DNA of 61,621 nucleotides, filler included, from Sphacelaria rigidula (Eukaryota): the NCBI GenBank assembly GCA_964200075.2. It is 8 parts of 8 records of this genome, joined end to end, with 100 filler letters (N's around TTAATTAATTAA, not from the genome) between each part and the next. Parts side by side here need not be neighbours in the genome. Positions count along the whole stretch, not along the records: positions 30,864 to 38,478 come from CAXNAA020014083.1; positions 38,579 to 46,193 come from CAXNAA020014084.1; positions 46,294 to 53,907 come from CAXNAA020014085.1; 5 more parts are not named here. One strand, given 5' to 3'. Below the pieces are notes generated by a model. That model searched no databases and was not told the origin of the DNA. It saw nothing but the letters and a program-made list of their open reading frames with translations. Made by a program: the position numbers and the translations under genes. Below, one piece after another: positions 36,483 to 48,888 of this stretch. Each line of letters begins with the position of its first letter. The first letter of the stretch is position 1.

Positions 36483-37295
36483 ATTATGGGAATCGCTTCG
36501 GCGAGTACGATACTAAGATGGAGACTGGAAAGAGCTATCTCGCCGGGAACTCGAGCGCCCCAAGCTGGAACGGAGGAGCCAAGGATAGACTGCAGCCATC
36601 GATGTTTACGAGTAGCTGTTGTGGGATGTGGTATATCGTATCATCGCGAGAGGAATGCGTCGATGAAACAAGTTATGAAGTAGCTCTATATCGCTGGTAC
36701 CGTACGTTTCAATCATGAATTTCGAGTGTTCCTTGTCTTTTTCTTTTTTGTCGCTTTGTTAGATGTTGCTCCCCATTTGGTAACATACGAGTACATGTGT
36801 GAGCCAAGGCACGTGAGCTCTAGTTCCAGTAGAATAGGCGTCAGTAGTTACAGAAGAGCACCCCTCAAAAGTTGCACTCCTATAACTATTGATCAGTTCG
36901 TGGAAAGGTTGTTTTTAGCAAGGTTCAAGCCCCACACTACCCCAGAATCCAGTGTAACTGATCCGGGGTGTCGACGCGCGATCAAGCTGACTAGCCGATC
37001 GTTCTCCAGTCTAACTGAGATCCCGGGGAAACGACAGCGACCGTACTTGTCTGCTGTTTCTGTCGTTGAAAAGGGTGTTATATATTTTTTTTCCTTTCCT
37101 AACGGATGGAGTTTTCCCCTGCTTATCAGGGTTCACCCATTCATTAGATCCGCAACGAGTTCTCCCCTGCACTGTAATTCAGCAGGTTTCTCTCGTTTTA
37201 CTTTCAGGCGAATGATGCACAGGCTTTGTTCTTGTTTTGGCCCTTCCAGCCCTCCAATAATTTTTTGTTTTGCCATATAAATATGGTTAGGGTGA

Positions 37296-37753
37296 TCTCA
37301 CAGATTTATTGGTCATTGTCCAGTCGACTAGGTTCCATGTGTCATACTTTGTCATGCTTGGTACCTGATGGATCATGCTACATTGTGTGGTTGGATTGAG
37401 CTGGCTGCCCCCATGTTTTATATATAACCTTTTGGACTAGTCTCAGCATAGCAACGCATAAGTTAGCTTGTACGCCAATAATACAAGAGCATCTACGCCA
37501 TCACAGACTACGGTATCAGAGGGATCTCTGGTTTTTTACAATGTAAGCCTGTCTTTTATCCAAAGATTTGTTGTTCTGGCGTCCGAGCGGCTCATCGGGT
37601 ATGCAGCCCGACGCTGCGAACATGACTGGCTCTGCACTCGGTAACGTCGAGCTCAATGGATTCGATTTTCATGATTGTGTTTGAGCCCGCTAGCCCAGGT
37701 ACCCACTAAGCTGGCACCATTCTCAGCTAGGCGGTGAGTATCGAACAATGACA
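37296..37753 (+). repeat. 3' LTR (458 bp)
   Basis: TCTCACAGA...ATGACA; aligns with the 5' LTR. Confidence 0.9.
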
Positions 37754-38478
37754 CGTCTTAGGAGACACGGCCGGGCAAGCGCTGTTTGTGCTTTTAGGTG
37801 CAGAAACTTCGGCCACATGTCATGTAGACTACAGACAACAACCCCATCTTGCCGAACCTGGGGTTGCGCGGTGTGTGCGTGCGTATTGGGGCGAAGATAT
37901 GTCGGATTCTGATCCGTTTTTTTTTCTTTGGGCGGAAGACCACTTTGTATGGCAGACAATCCCGATTCTGGCGTGACTCGAATTTGCGCCAAATCGGGGG
38001 GACCCAGATTCGTGAAACTCAGATTCGTGTGTACCCCTGTATGGCTTTGCTTCACAGATTTTTGTTGGAATTGTTGTGAACACGAACGTTCATTTCCTGG
38101 GCGGGTGTGGTTGCACAGTAGTGAAGCCGAGGGACAGGCAGGCAGGGAACCATCCTTCAAGAGCAGCGTCGTACCACGGTACCCTATCACAGTACACGAT
38201 AATGCCGTGTGGTAATGCATGATGATACACTCGGTATCGCGAGAACAGTGCACAGTGTACGACAAGACTTCACGAGTGCAGTGTCATTCATCACCCTGCA
38301 AGTACCGCGACAGCAGAGTGTATGTAGGATATCACACTACCGTTCGTAATGTTGATACATACAGCAGTATAGTGCAGCATACAATTTTGCCACCACCGCA
38401 GTTACGGCGTCAACACTTGACAGCCGACTTTATATTTTGGGGTTCATACAAAAATATGGGGTTCAAGTGGCATATCTC

Positions 38479-38578
38479 NNNNNNNNNNNNNNNNNNNNNN
38501 NNNNNNNNNNNNNNNNNNNNNNTTAATTAATTAANNNNNNNNNNNNNNNNNNNNNNNNNNNNNNNNNNNNNNNNNNNN
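38479..38578. other. Artificial scaffold linker
   Basis: N44-TTAATTAATTAA-N44. Confidence 0.99.
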
Positions 38579-38580
38579 TG

Positions 38581-39066
38581 CGGAATCTATGGCGAAGAAC
38601 CATGTGTGTTGACATGAACTTTTCATTGTCCATTTCCATGCACGATGTGTATCGGTGGCATGAACCAAAATTTATCGTTACCGACAAGTGCCCATCGGTG
38701 TAATATTTCACACATCATTGCCAGTAAAGATGTACATCGATGAAAACATCACCCAGGACATTGTTTCCAGCAATGGATATGGACAAATACATGTTGGAGT
38801 CATTGTTCTCCACAATGGATATCAATATGATCATCACCGTAGCTATTAGTGCAGCAATAGACCATTACCATGTCTATTGTCCAGGGTGTGGCGCAGATAT
38901 CGGAGCAGTTTTCAATGTGAAGACAACAACAACAAACAAACGCGGGTCCTACAACAACCACGGCCACGTTTCCAGAACTTTTGGCAGATTTATGTGTCGT
39001 GCCGCATGCTGTCGAGTTGATTATTACGAGAGGATACTGTTCCCACGAATCAAAATAGAAACTTGA
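38581..39066 (+). pseudogene. Intronless reading frame with two in-frame stops and a CxxC motif
   Basis: One frame runs from the scaffold start to 39066 with TAA at 38701 and 38725; includes YCPGCGADIG and FMCRAACC. Confidence 0.3.
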
Positions 39067-40689
39067 AGGTAGCATACAGTATCCATAATCCTACCACTTG
39101 CCGTACAACCGTAGCGTAAACAACTTCTACACAAGCCTAGCACAAGCCGGGAAAAGCCGTTCATGCACATATTGCACAGTACAGTACCTACTATCGTCAT
39201 TATCCATCCGATCGGGGGGTACCCATCCCTACAAAGGATATACCCCTCCTCCCCCGTCGCCAGGAATGAAGTGTTCGGGAATCCGGGGCGGTGTATCCCA
39301 GTCTGTAAGACGCTCTGACTGTACCGTGACTGTCGAAGGACGCGTGAAGACTGTAGTGGAGGAAACCGTCATCAGACTGTGAAGCCTATGGCGAGAACGT
39401 GCGACTTACGCTCTCCCTTCCCCAGATTGACTGTCTGCGAAGGTGAGATACATCAAAGCTTAGCCTGTTTTCCCTATAATGAGTGTGGTAACCCAATGGA
39501 TGCTGGGAGCGACAGCATGCGACAAGTTGTGCACGTTTTGCCGCCTATCATCGTGCGACGAATGTGTCGTAGAAAGATGGACCGACGAAGATATTGCGCT
39601 AATCTCGTTTGATGAACGGCGTGTTGGAAACCTGTGAGGTGCTTTTTCTTATGAAAGCCGAGGCGGGAAACCTCATCACCGATGTTGTGACGGGGTGTTA
39701 TACACCGTCACGCTGTGTGACCATTGTTTCCCAAATTGTAGTGTGGGTGTACAGCACTGCACTAATCTGCCGTGCCGCCCGTTGTACGTGCAGGGACTTA
39801 TCGGCACCGTGTAATGCGGCACGAGGCGAGAAGACAAGCCGTGCATGTGTGCTGCTCCGTTGTTTTCCCAACTGACCTGATGTGTACTACATGCAAACTT
39901 GACTGTGAGGGAGTCGGGTATGCTACATCTGTACAGGCTGATTAATGCTCAACACCCAAAATGTATCGTCAGCGTCTCCTTTTAGCAAGACCTACCCAAT
40001 ACTCGCATACATGAGATTGTGCTGACCGCCATGGACAGCTGAAGAGCGTGACATTGCCGGAATTGTGTTTGAGGTCATAGTGGTCGTCCCAAGGGTGGAA
40101 AGTTACCTGAGTCAATCAGCGCCCTTCAAATTGTTTCAAAATCAACATTTCGAATCCCAAGCCTCGTTTTCACCCTCCTCATAAATGCCTCGTTTCTTCG
40201 ATTTCGATATTCCCCCCTCGTATTTTGCAAATAACGAGGGAAAAATTCCAGATGGTCACTTACGGTTCGTTTTTTCATAAGATTCTCGGGAAAAAAATAC
40301 AAGACGAGAGAAATCGTGCAAGACGGACCCTCCTTGCTTGTATTTTTTTCTAAAGTTAGAGACGAGATCGACTTGTATTTTTCCCTCGTATTCACTCGCG
40401 GCGCGGTGAGACTAGCAACGCCCGTCAGTCCTGAAGATGTTTGTGCCCTTCGGCGTCTGCGGGGCTCTCCTGACAGCAATGTTTAACATCCCCAGCGCCG
40501 TTTACACACTACACCAAACTTTGCTCGGCCATTCCGGCGCACGCGAAATGTCATCTGGGAGTTGGTGATGTTCTGGCATCCGCCGTGCTCTCGAAAACCT
40601 GCAGTACAGACAGTACCCAGCGCAGAGATTACAGAATACGGTCTGTGCTGTCTCATGCAGTGAGTTGTAGGTGTCAGTTTGCACACAGC

Positions 40690-42090
40690 GGTTGTGGGTG
40701 CGCCTGACCCCCCAAAACGAGCAAAAAAGTGTCACCGATCAAAAGTGCGAACAGACCGCAGATCTTGTTCATCCCCTGAATATGCACGCCGTAGAATCAC
40801 CCAGAGCACTTCCGATTTAAGTGGGGTTTCCATTTTATGGTTTCGAGGTTTTCTGTCCCGCAGTACGAACCACGGCGTGGCTCGGCTACCACCGGGGTGT
40901 ATTTGTGTAGGCTACAATGTTAGTGCCAATTTTGGCGGAAGAAGTTTTGATAATCAAGAAAATCGCGGAAAACCTCATGTTTTATTCACTTGATTCGTTA
41001 TGAAATTCGGATCCTGGTGAGATGAGAAATTTCAAGCACCAAAGTTGTAGCTGTGGTTTTGGCGCAGGTAATGCCAAAATTCGTTTCCCAATCGATGGCC
41101 TTGGTGAGGAGTATTTTCCTAAACAGATTAGGTTATCAGCCCAAACAAGCGCCTCCAGCCCTCGCCAGTTCCCACGACACGCGAAACCTTCCCTCCTGTC
41201 CAACGGCCTCAAAACATGTTACACATATGATCAACTCTTGATTGTATCGTCGTGCCCCAAAACGAAATATCACGCCTTAGACCCCCATCCCTCGACATCG
41301 GGTAGAGACGATGTCCCGTCTGATGAGTCCGACTGGCTACAGTCTTGGCTTGTCCAATCGAGGCAAAAATATGCAGATCCTCCCTCTCACGCCAGGATTC
41401 CTTGCGGCGCGGCCCCATGAAAAACTGCCACCCTACTTGTGGTCAAAATGTGCAGGATGTCTAACAGACAACACACACGTACTAAAAATGTATATGTATG
41501 TGAAAGTTCGTCTGAAGCAGGCACAGGGGCACTTGATGCTGCTTGTGGTTCAGCGTCCTTGTTTTGCGGCCCCCGTGGCAGCGTCTGCGCAAAGTCAACG
41601 GCGTTGTCTGACATGTTCTCAGTCTGACCAAAGCGATAGACGTCATTTGCCAACACCTAAGTAGATATTTTCGCATGCTACCTGCGCAACTGGGACTGTT
41701 GGAACGACGAGACATAGGCTACGACGCAAGAAGGGCCAACAGAGTCTAACAGCTGAACTGCTAAGTGTCTGCTGCCTTGCGTTTGCTTTTTTTTCCTGGC
41801 CCATCTATCTCCCTTGATACTGCATGTTGCATGCCACTGCGTCGTGTTTCGTATGCGCTTACGATACGCTGGGATGTCAGTGACAGCCACGTTAGGGTTC
41901 CGATTTTAGAATGCAGTCCGCTTTTTCTCCATGTGCATTTTGGTTTCATGTCATTTTTTTCAGATGACGTGAGGTACTTTTTACCCCACGAGCCCGAATA
42001 AGCCGTCAAAGTCGGTCTGTTCATGTCTGTTGGTGATTTTGGTCGATGACACTTCTCTTGCTCATTTTGGGGGATCAGGCGCCACCCATA
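40690..42090. repeat. Pair of ~65-bp inverted repeats
   Basis: GCGCCTGA.CCCCCAAAA.GAGCAA.A.AAGTGTCA.CGA.CAAAA at about 40700-40745 is mirrored at about 42037-42082. Confidence 0.6.
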
Positions 42091-43044
42091 ACAGTGATAC
42101 GCACGGCTGTAGTACAAATGATGCGTACAACGTGAGATGTGTGGACAACGTGCAATACAGACAACACCAGGCAGTAAGTACTGACCTGTCCGCACTGCCG
42201 CATTGAACAGTAGTATCCACATGCCATGCTGCACCCAACAGCTGCCGAAAATGATTTGGACGACGTGCAGTGCAGGTATTTCATGGCTTGTACTGCCATA
42301 TTCGACAGTACAGTAGCGGGATAGAAAATTTCGCCAGGAGTACAACGGCTGCACTCATATGATGTGGGCAACGTGCAGTACAAACAGAACTAAGCAGTAC
42401 AATACTGCCTGTTCTGCCTGCCGCACACGGCAGTATACATGCGCACATGTCGGGTTGGAGACGGTTATATACAACGGCTGCACTGAAATGATCTGGAGGG
42501 GTGCAGTTCAGGCAGTACTGGACACTACAGTACTACTGTCTGTACTGCCGCGTACGAGATACGGCAGTATAGATTGAAGGTGTCAGTTTGCACACAGTAC
42601 GAGGAGCTGGGCCAGCAGCGATCGGGGGAGGTCTATGCTTCGCGTCTTCTACACAAACACAGGGGAAGCTTGGCATGGTCAAGTCTTGAGGTCTTTGTAC
42701 CTCTCGTTGGCGCGCACACCCCTTTGAAGTCCGCTGGCGGTACTTTTGGTACCTGCCCATTATTTTGGTACCCCACCAACATATCTAGAACCGTAAGGTA
42801 GGGTCAACATTTCTCATTGTATTTTCCTAGCGTTATTTTTTTCCAATAATTTGTTGCAAAATACGAGGGGAAAAAAGAATCGGAAAGAAACGGCCTCAAA
42901 TCGTAATAACTGCCCAAAGCTCGGGAGTCTAACGGAAGAGGCAGACTCAGAAAAGGCTACTGTGAAGTCGAGTTGTACCCAAGCTCATTGTGGTTCCTTG
43001 ATGTGGGGCTTTGTCGTAGTCTATTTCCCGTTGATGATGGCACG

Positions 43045-43590
43045 AGAGACCCCGGGGGCATCGTGACGTTTTTTTTTTTTTTTCGTAGAATAGCTCAGAT
43101 CGTCCTCAAACTCGGCAGTTCCTCAGGTATTGATGCTCATAATGGAAAACTGTATTCTTGACTACATGTCAGATTTTCTCTGTTCTGTACCAGCTCCCGA
43201 GGGTCCTTGCTTGAAGACCCCCGGAAGGCGGTACAAAATGCTTCAAGAGAAGAGAATTAAAGTGATGCTTCCCGAGGGAGTCCAAGGAACACACGCACAA
43301 GGTTTGGTCGACAATCTCCAAAACTTCAGACAGTTTTTTCCCGTTAAACGTCGAATTCACCCCAAAAACGACGTTTTTCTCTAAAACCAAGTAGCTGTAG
43401 GTTTTCACGTTTCGAGCTTACGAGGTTACATAAATGCGCAGAAGATCATGCCGTTTCCAGGAGTTGGACGCTAAACTTTTGACAAGTTTGGTATGGGTCA
43501 TCGTGCAACTTTCCAAGGTCAAAGTGTTTACTTTCCGATTTTTTTCCGTCCTCCGGGGGTCCCAGGGTTCTGTTTAAACTTGGATCCCGT
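43045..43590 (+). repeat. Direct-repeat copy of the interior of the neighbouring element (44275-44820)
   Basis: AGCTCAGATCG.CCTCAAACTCGGCAGTTCC..AGGTATTGATGCTCA.AATGGAAAA and GAGTCCAAGGAACACA are shared. Confidence 0.85.
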
Positions 43591-43824
43591 CGGACCCTCT
43601 GAACAACGATGAATAAATGTGCAATGGCAACACACGACAGAGTCTTTAGAAACGAGGGAGCATGGAACAACAATGACGCTAGCCTTCAACTGTAGACAAT
43701 GTCCATGGCTACCTCCCCCGACAACTCCTGCTCAATCCTTCCATCGCAGACCACAAACTGACGATGGATGCTCGCCAACGGCTGTTACGACGGAAGCTCA
43801 TTTTGCGCAAGCAAGACGGCCGTA

Positions 43825-45385
43825 CAGGCTGGTTCACGGTGATCACCCAAAATTGTGTCATCAGCAAATGCCTTCCGCAATACGCACCCAATAGTCGCAT
43901 GTATGGTATCATACTGACCGCAATGAAGAGACGAAGGGGGTGACACAGCCGGATTTTTAGTTAAGCCGTAGCGGTGGCGCTATGGACGAAAATGTATTTC
44001 AGCCAATCAGCGCCCTTCAAACTATTCCGAGATCGAAATTACGATTACCAAGCCCAATTTTCACCCAATCTCTACATGCTTCANNNNNNNNNNCCCGGGA
44101 TCTAAATTACGAATACATGCTTCAAATCGTAGTAACCGTCATCGACACGGGAATCTAACGAGAAGATAATATTTTAAAAACGGATACCACGGCGGTCGAA
44201 TTATACCCGAAACCGTGGTGTTTCGGTAATGTCGGGTGTTGGCGTCGTCTAACTTTCACTAATGATGCGCACGAAAGACCCAGGGAGCCTCGTGACGGTG
44301 TCACCTATATCTGTTGTAGAAGAGCTCAGATCGCCCTCAAACTCGGCAGTTCCGTAGGTATTGATGCTCAAAATGGAAAAATTGTATTCTTGACAATATT
44401 TAATGTTTTCTCCGTTCTTTACCGGCTTCCGGTGGTCCCAGCATGAAGACCCCCTGAAGGCGGTATAGATTGCTCCAACAGAAAAGTAATGAAATGGTGC
44501 GTCCCGGGAGAGTCCAAGGAACACATGTACACAGTTTGGTGGAGAAACTCGAAAACCTCATACAGCTTTTCTTGCCTTGACGTCAAATTCACCCCAAAAG
44601 ACGTTCTCATACTAAAACCAAGTAGTTGGGAGTTGCACGTTTCAAGTCCACGTCCTTTACAAACGCGCAAACTTTCACGTTGTGTTTGGCGTTAGATCCT
44701 GAAACTTCGCACAAACACGCTATGTATCATTACGCAACTTTCTGCGGACGACTGTTTCTGTACTTCTTGAATTTTCCACCGTTTTTCGGGGGTCCGACGG
44801 GATCGAAGTCGTTTTTCAAAGTAGTCTCCATTCTGGGATCCCAGAAAAACGGCACTACGATATTTTTTTCATTTTTTGCAAACTATTTGCCTCCGCATAA
44901 CTCAAGGATGGGCTTCACAAATTTTCGTCGCAAAGCTCGATCACCTGATGCTTGAATTTCCAATGTCACCTCAAAGAAGGCCATAAAAAGCCGTTTTGAT
45001 ACTAAAATCAAGTAGTTTGGGGTTTCAGCGCGGCACGACAAACTTCATCGCACAAAGGCCAAAAATCTCACGCCGTTTGATGTAGTTAGACCCTGAAATT
45101 TTGCACAACTGTGCTTTGGGGCATTACGCAACTTTGCTGGGACGGGTTTCTCATTTTTTTTTCTTTGTAACCGTTTTACGGGGTCCGATCGGGTCGAGGA
45201 TTCCCCTGAAAAACTGGGACTCCCGAAAAACGGTGGAAAAAGTAAAAAAAAAAAAAAACAACGTTTGTGCGAAGTTGCGTAATGACCCATAAAACATTCG
45301 TGCAACATTTCAGGGTCCAACTCCTTGAAACGACGCGAAGTTTTGCCGATGAGTGTTTTTTGGATGATAAACGTGAACCAGCCTG
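43825..45385. mobile_element. Non-autonomous Tc1/mariner-like element
   Basis: TA-CAGGCTGGTTCACG...CGTGAACCAGCCTG-TA with ~45-bp imperfect TIRs; related ends at about 39934-40175 and 46445-46612; internal foldback at about 45090-45320; contains an N10 gap. Confidence 0.75.
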
Positions 45386-46124
45386 TAGCCCCTTCTGAAT
45401 TCCGAAACGTGATCGCAAATGCCTCTCGTTGTAGTGCATAACATAAACGAAGTATAGTGTTACTTTAAGTATAGTTTCCCCTATTATGGACACCGTTTTT
45501 TTCGGAGATCTCCGAGATTGTCCGGACTGGCATCACACGTGATAGTTCTAGACTGCTTGCGAGCGCCACGGCGTTTTCACCCAGCAGCTTTATGAAGTCT
45601 TCGGACTTTTCCAAATAATGAAGCTTCGGGAGGCAGGTTCAAGCCGCTTTGCTCTCGGAGAAGTATGAACGCAGAGCGCAACAGCTCTCCAAATTCCCGA
45701 GATCTCTTGCTGAGAAGGGTGAGCTCTCATAGCCTCACAATCCTGTTCCGATGTACAATTTTACCTGGATGTTGTACTAGATACATATCACACCACTTGT
45801 GCACTTGTTTGGAGTATACGTTTTGTACACCAGTCTCCTTCGTGATCGGAAGCCAGCACGATACTGTACAGTCAGTGATTGATGCGGTGTGGTGGTACAG
45901 TAGTGTAGAACGATCTGAAGAACGGGGGGTTAGGCGTGTAACGTTCACCCCGAACTCCGGCGATCCTTGTCATCATCTACGATGAGACGGAGTTTCCAAC
46001 GGGGTGTGGAGTAACGAGAATGTCGGCCGGCGCAGCAGTCTTGACCATTCCTCAACCGGGCCTAAATGTGACATCACCACCTCTGAACTGGCGGCAAAAG
46101 TGAAAATCTCACATGGACACCAAG

Positions 46125-46193
46125 CCGGTCGCCCCGGTGGCTCAGTTGGTAACCTCGTAACCTTCTGATGGTTGAGTTGGGGGGTTCGATTCC
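46125..46193 (+). mobile_element. tRNA-derived SINE head, cut by the scaffold end
   Basis: CCGGTCGCCCCGGTGGCTCAGTTGGTAACC...GGTTCGATTCC. Confidence 0.85.
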
Positions 46194-46293
46194 NNNNNNN
46201 NNNNNNNNNNNNNNNNNNNNNNNNNNNNNNNNNNNNNTTAATTAATTAANNNNNNNNNNNNNNNNNNNNNNNNNNNNNNNNNNNNNNNNNNNN
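46194..46293. other. Artificial scaffold linker
   Basis: N44-TTAATTAATTAA-N44. Confidence 0.99.
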
Positions 46294-46962
46294 CGAATCT
46301 GAAAAGCAGACTAGGCTCCTCTTTGTAGGGCGATGCAAAGTGTCCGAGACGTGTGTTGGCGCTTTTTTTGGCTTGGGGGTCAAAAGGTGGGTCAAACGTC
46401 CCGAAAGTGAACAATCCGTGGGCCAAAAATCTGTTTGCCAGAACATCCGGCCTTGGCGCCACCACTATGGCCTCGAACACAAATCCGGCCACGGCACCCT
46501 ATTCAGCTGTCCATGGCGGTCAGAATGATATCATGTATGCGACTATTGGGTAGATATTGCGGAAGGCATTTGCCGATGACCCGATTTTGGGTGATGAGCG
46601 TAAACCAGCCTGTACTACGGCTTGTGAGTGGTGAAACATGGTGTCCTCTGGTGTGTATATCCACAGAGGACATCACCATTCGGATTATTTTCCCAACTCC
46701 AGAATATCTCACTGTAGAGTGCCATACGTACTGTACGAGATGAAGTACAGAACCATTAATACAATTCATGTTTCACACCAAGTGATTCGCGATAAATCCA
46801 CTCGTGGTAACATCTTCAAGTTTCTACTATACTTTTTTGAGGATCAAGATGCTGACGGTCCCCGATAGACCCCCGTTTTTAGGAGACGGGTCTTAAATTT
46901 TCACTGTAGGACACACGTTTCCCGTGCGGAGTGACTCACTGCACATGTAGTCTTCCACAGGC

Positions 46963-48888
46963 ACCGTAGGTAAGATAGGTACCTGGTACCGGTGCTTGGG
47001 ACATCTCCTACCCTACCGATACCGGTCCGATTGGGTATTTTCAAAGGTCATACCTACGATACCCACGATACCACGGTATTTCGAGATGTCAATACCTACC
47101 GTACCCACTTGATCAAATCGGAAAAAAATCGGGAAGATGCGGGAGTGTCCTGATTCGAGCAGAAAGGTGATAGACGAAAAGTGAACGTTTAGAGAATTGG
47201 AGGATTGATCTGGTTTTCCCACAGCTAGCCGAAAAACATCGCCCGACGGACTGGGTTTTGAAAAATCAATCCACGGGAGAAATTCGCCTGTAGACGGGCT
47301 GAAATCCTCTCATTTGTACAAATCGAGATTGGTTGCCATGAAATATGGTCTGAGTCACGCCCTGAAACGCTTTTCCGCACTGCCGGATGACAGTTTTGAA
47401 GTTGGCATAGAGGGTAAGGCAGGTACACGGTACTGATATTTGGGACATCTCATACCCTACCGATACCGGCGCCATCGGGTATTTTCAAATGTCATACCCA
47501 CAGTAATGAGCGGTCTAACTGTTCATTTTGTGGCATTTTGTGATTTTTTTGTAATTGGCGATTTTCTTGGGCTCTTTTCGCTTGTCACCGCTCATCACAT
47601 TGGGAATCTTGGGGTATTTTCATCCGCTCCACATTCCAAGGAAAAAAATCATCTGCACTCAATATTGAGTGACTTACGGGCTGACCGGTCATCGGCGGTC
47701 CTGCCACGTTTCAGCCCAGATTCTTACTTTTCGGTATTTTCGGTCGATCAAGCCTGTCCCGATAATGTTTATGAAAAACTGCAGTCTATTTTCTTGAAAT
47801 TCTACCTACTCATCGAACTAAAGCCGAAAAATTGCGTTCCACGGTCGAAAACACCCACCTGATAAACGGAGTATATACTCGTATCGCCCGATAACACCAA
47901 CCAACCCTGACTTGGGCACTATGTTTCGAGGGCAATCTGTTTTACTGTGTGTGTTGTCGTCCCATTTATTCTGGGCGCCAGTCTGCATCTTTCGGTATAT
48001 GTGGGCGCACCAGCCGGGGTCACACAGGAGGAAGGTCGACACAGGAGTTTTCTTATTTCTTGTTTGTTTTTAGTACCCCACCTTCCTTCTGCGGTGCTTG
48101 CCTTTCATCTTTTTTTTTTATCGCGAGAGGGGTTCAGCAATTCCTTTCCCTCGTCGACCGTGAAGTCGAATTTTGTGTACCCACGACATAGTAGTCGCTC
48201 TCCACGGTTGGGTATGTTGGGAGAAAAATTCCTAAATCGCTTCAGGAATTGAACCCCACTACTCATTTTTTTTTTCTCCTGTCCCTTTTTTTTCTTCCTC
48301 AGAGCGTGTTTGAATTCCGTTTTTCTTGAGTACGTTCATCATGAGACCACGGCTGGACCCCTGGGTGTCAGTTAAAGTGCGACAATCAATCAATCAAACA
48401 CTCAACCATCAGAAGGTTTCGAGGTTACCAACTGAGCCACCGGGGCGACCGGTATTGTACCAAAATCTACCGACGCTAGCAATTTCGAGTTCCATCCGAG
48501 AGTAGTGAGTGATAAAACCCCCAAGACACCCCTGACTAGTTAAACCGCCCACTACTGTACAACACTTGCGATACCACGGTATTTTGAAATACCAGTACCT
48601 ATTGTACCTGCCCAATGGGGTATTTTTAAATGTCTCACCTGCGATACCAACGATACCACGGTATTTCGAGATATCATCATCACCTACTTCACCCGCTCAA
48701 TCAGGTATGCTCAAAGCCCAGACCTACGATACCCATACATACGATACCACTGTATTTCGAGAGTACTTACCGTACCCGCTCCATCAGGTATCTTCAAAAG
48801 GTCATACCTACGACATCCACGCATGCCACGGTATGAGATAACCCGGTGGATACCGGAGGTACGCTCGGTATGGTACTTCACCTACGGT
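46963..48888. mobile_element. Element(s) with GATACC/GGTATT motif arrays and short ACCGTAGGT inverted ends, with nested insertions
   Basis: CGATACCACGGTATTT repeated at about 47055-47105 and 48570-48850; 46970-47060 duplicated at about 47412-47500; no TSD found. Confidence 0.5.
47946..48451 (-). mobile_element. tRNA-derived SINE with a ~140-bp insertion between its A and B boxes
   Basis: Homologous to 18765-19125; insertion at about 48262-48400 ends in AGTTAAAGTGCGAC(AATC)3. Confidence 0.85.

Larger units (their letters stand above)
31514..37753 (+). mobile_element. Full-length decayed Ty3/Gypsy LTR retrotransposon
   Basis: Direct LTRs 31514-31965 (TG...CA) and 37296-37753; TGG-starting PBS-like site at 31966; degenerate PPT-like tract 37285-37295; 4-bp TSD CATC/CGTC; RT/RNase H-linker remnant; splits a repeat whose intact copy is at 22305-22960. 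Confidence 0.9.
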
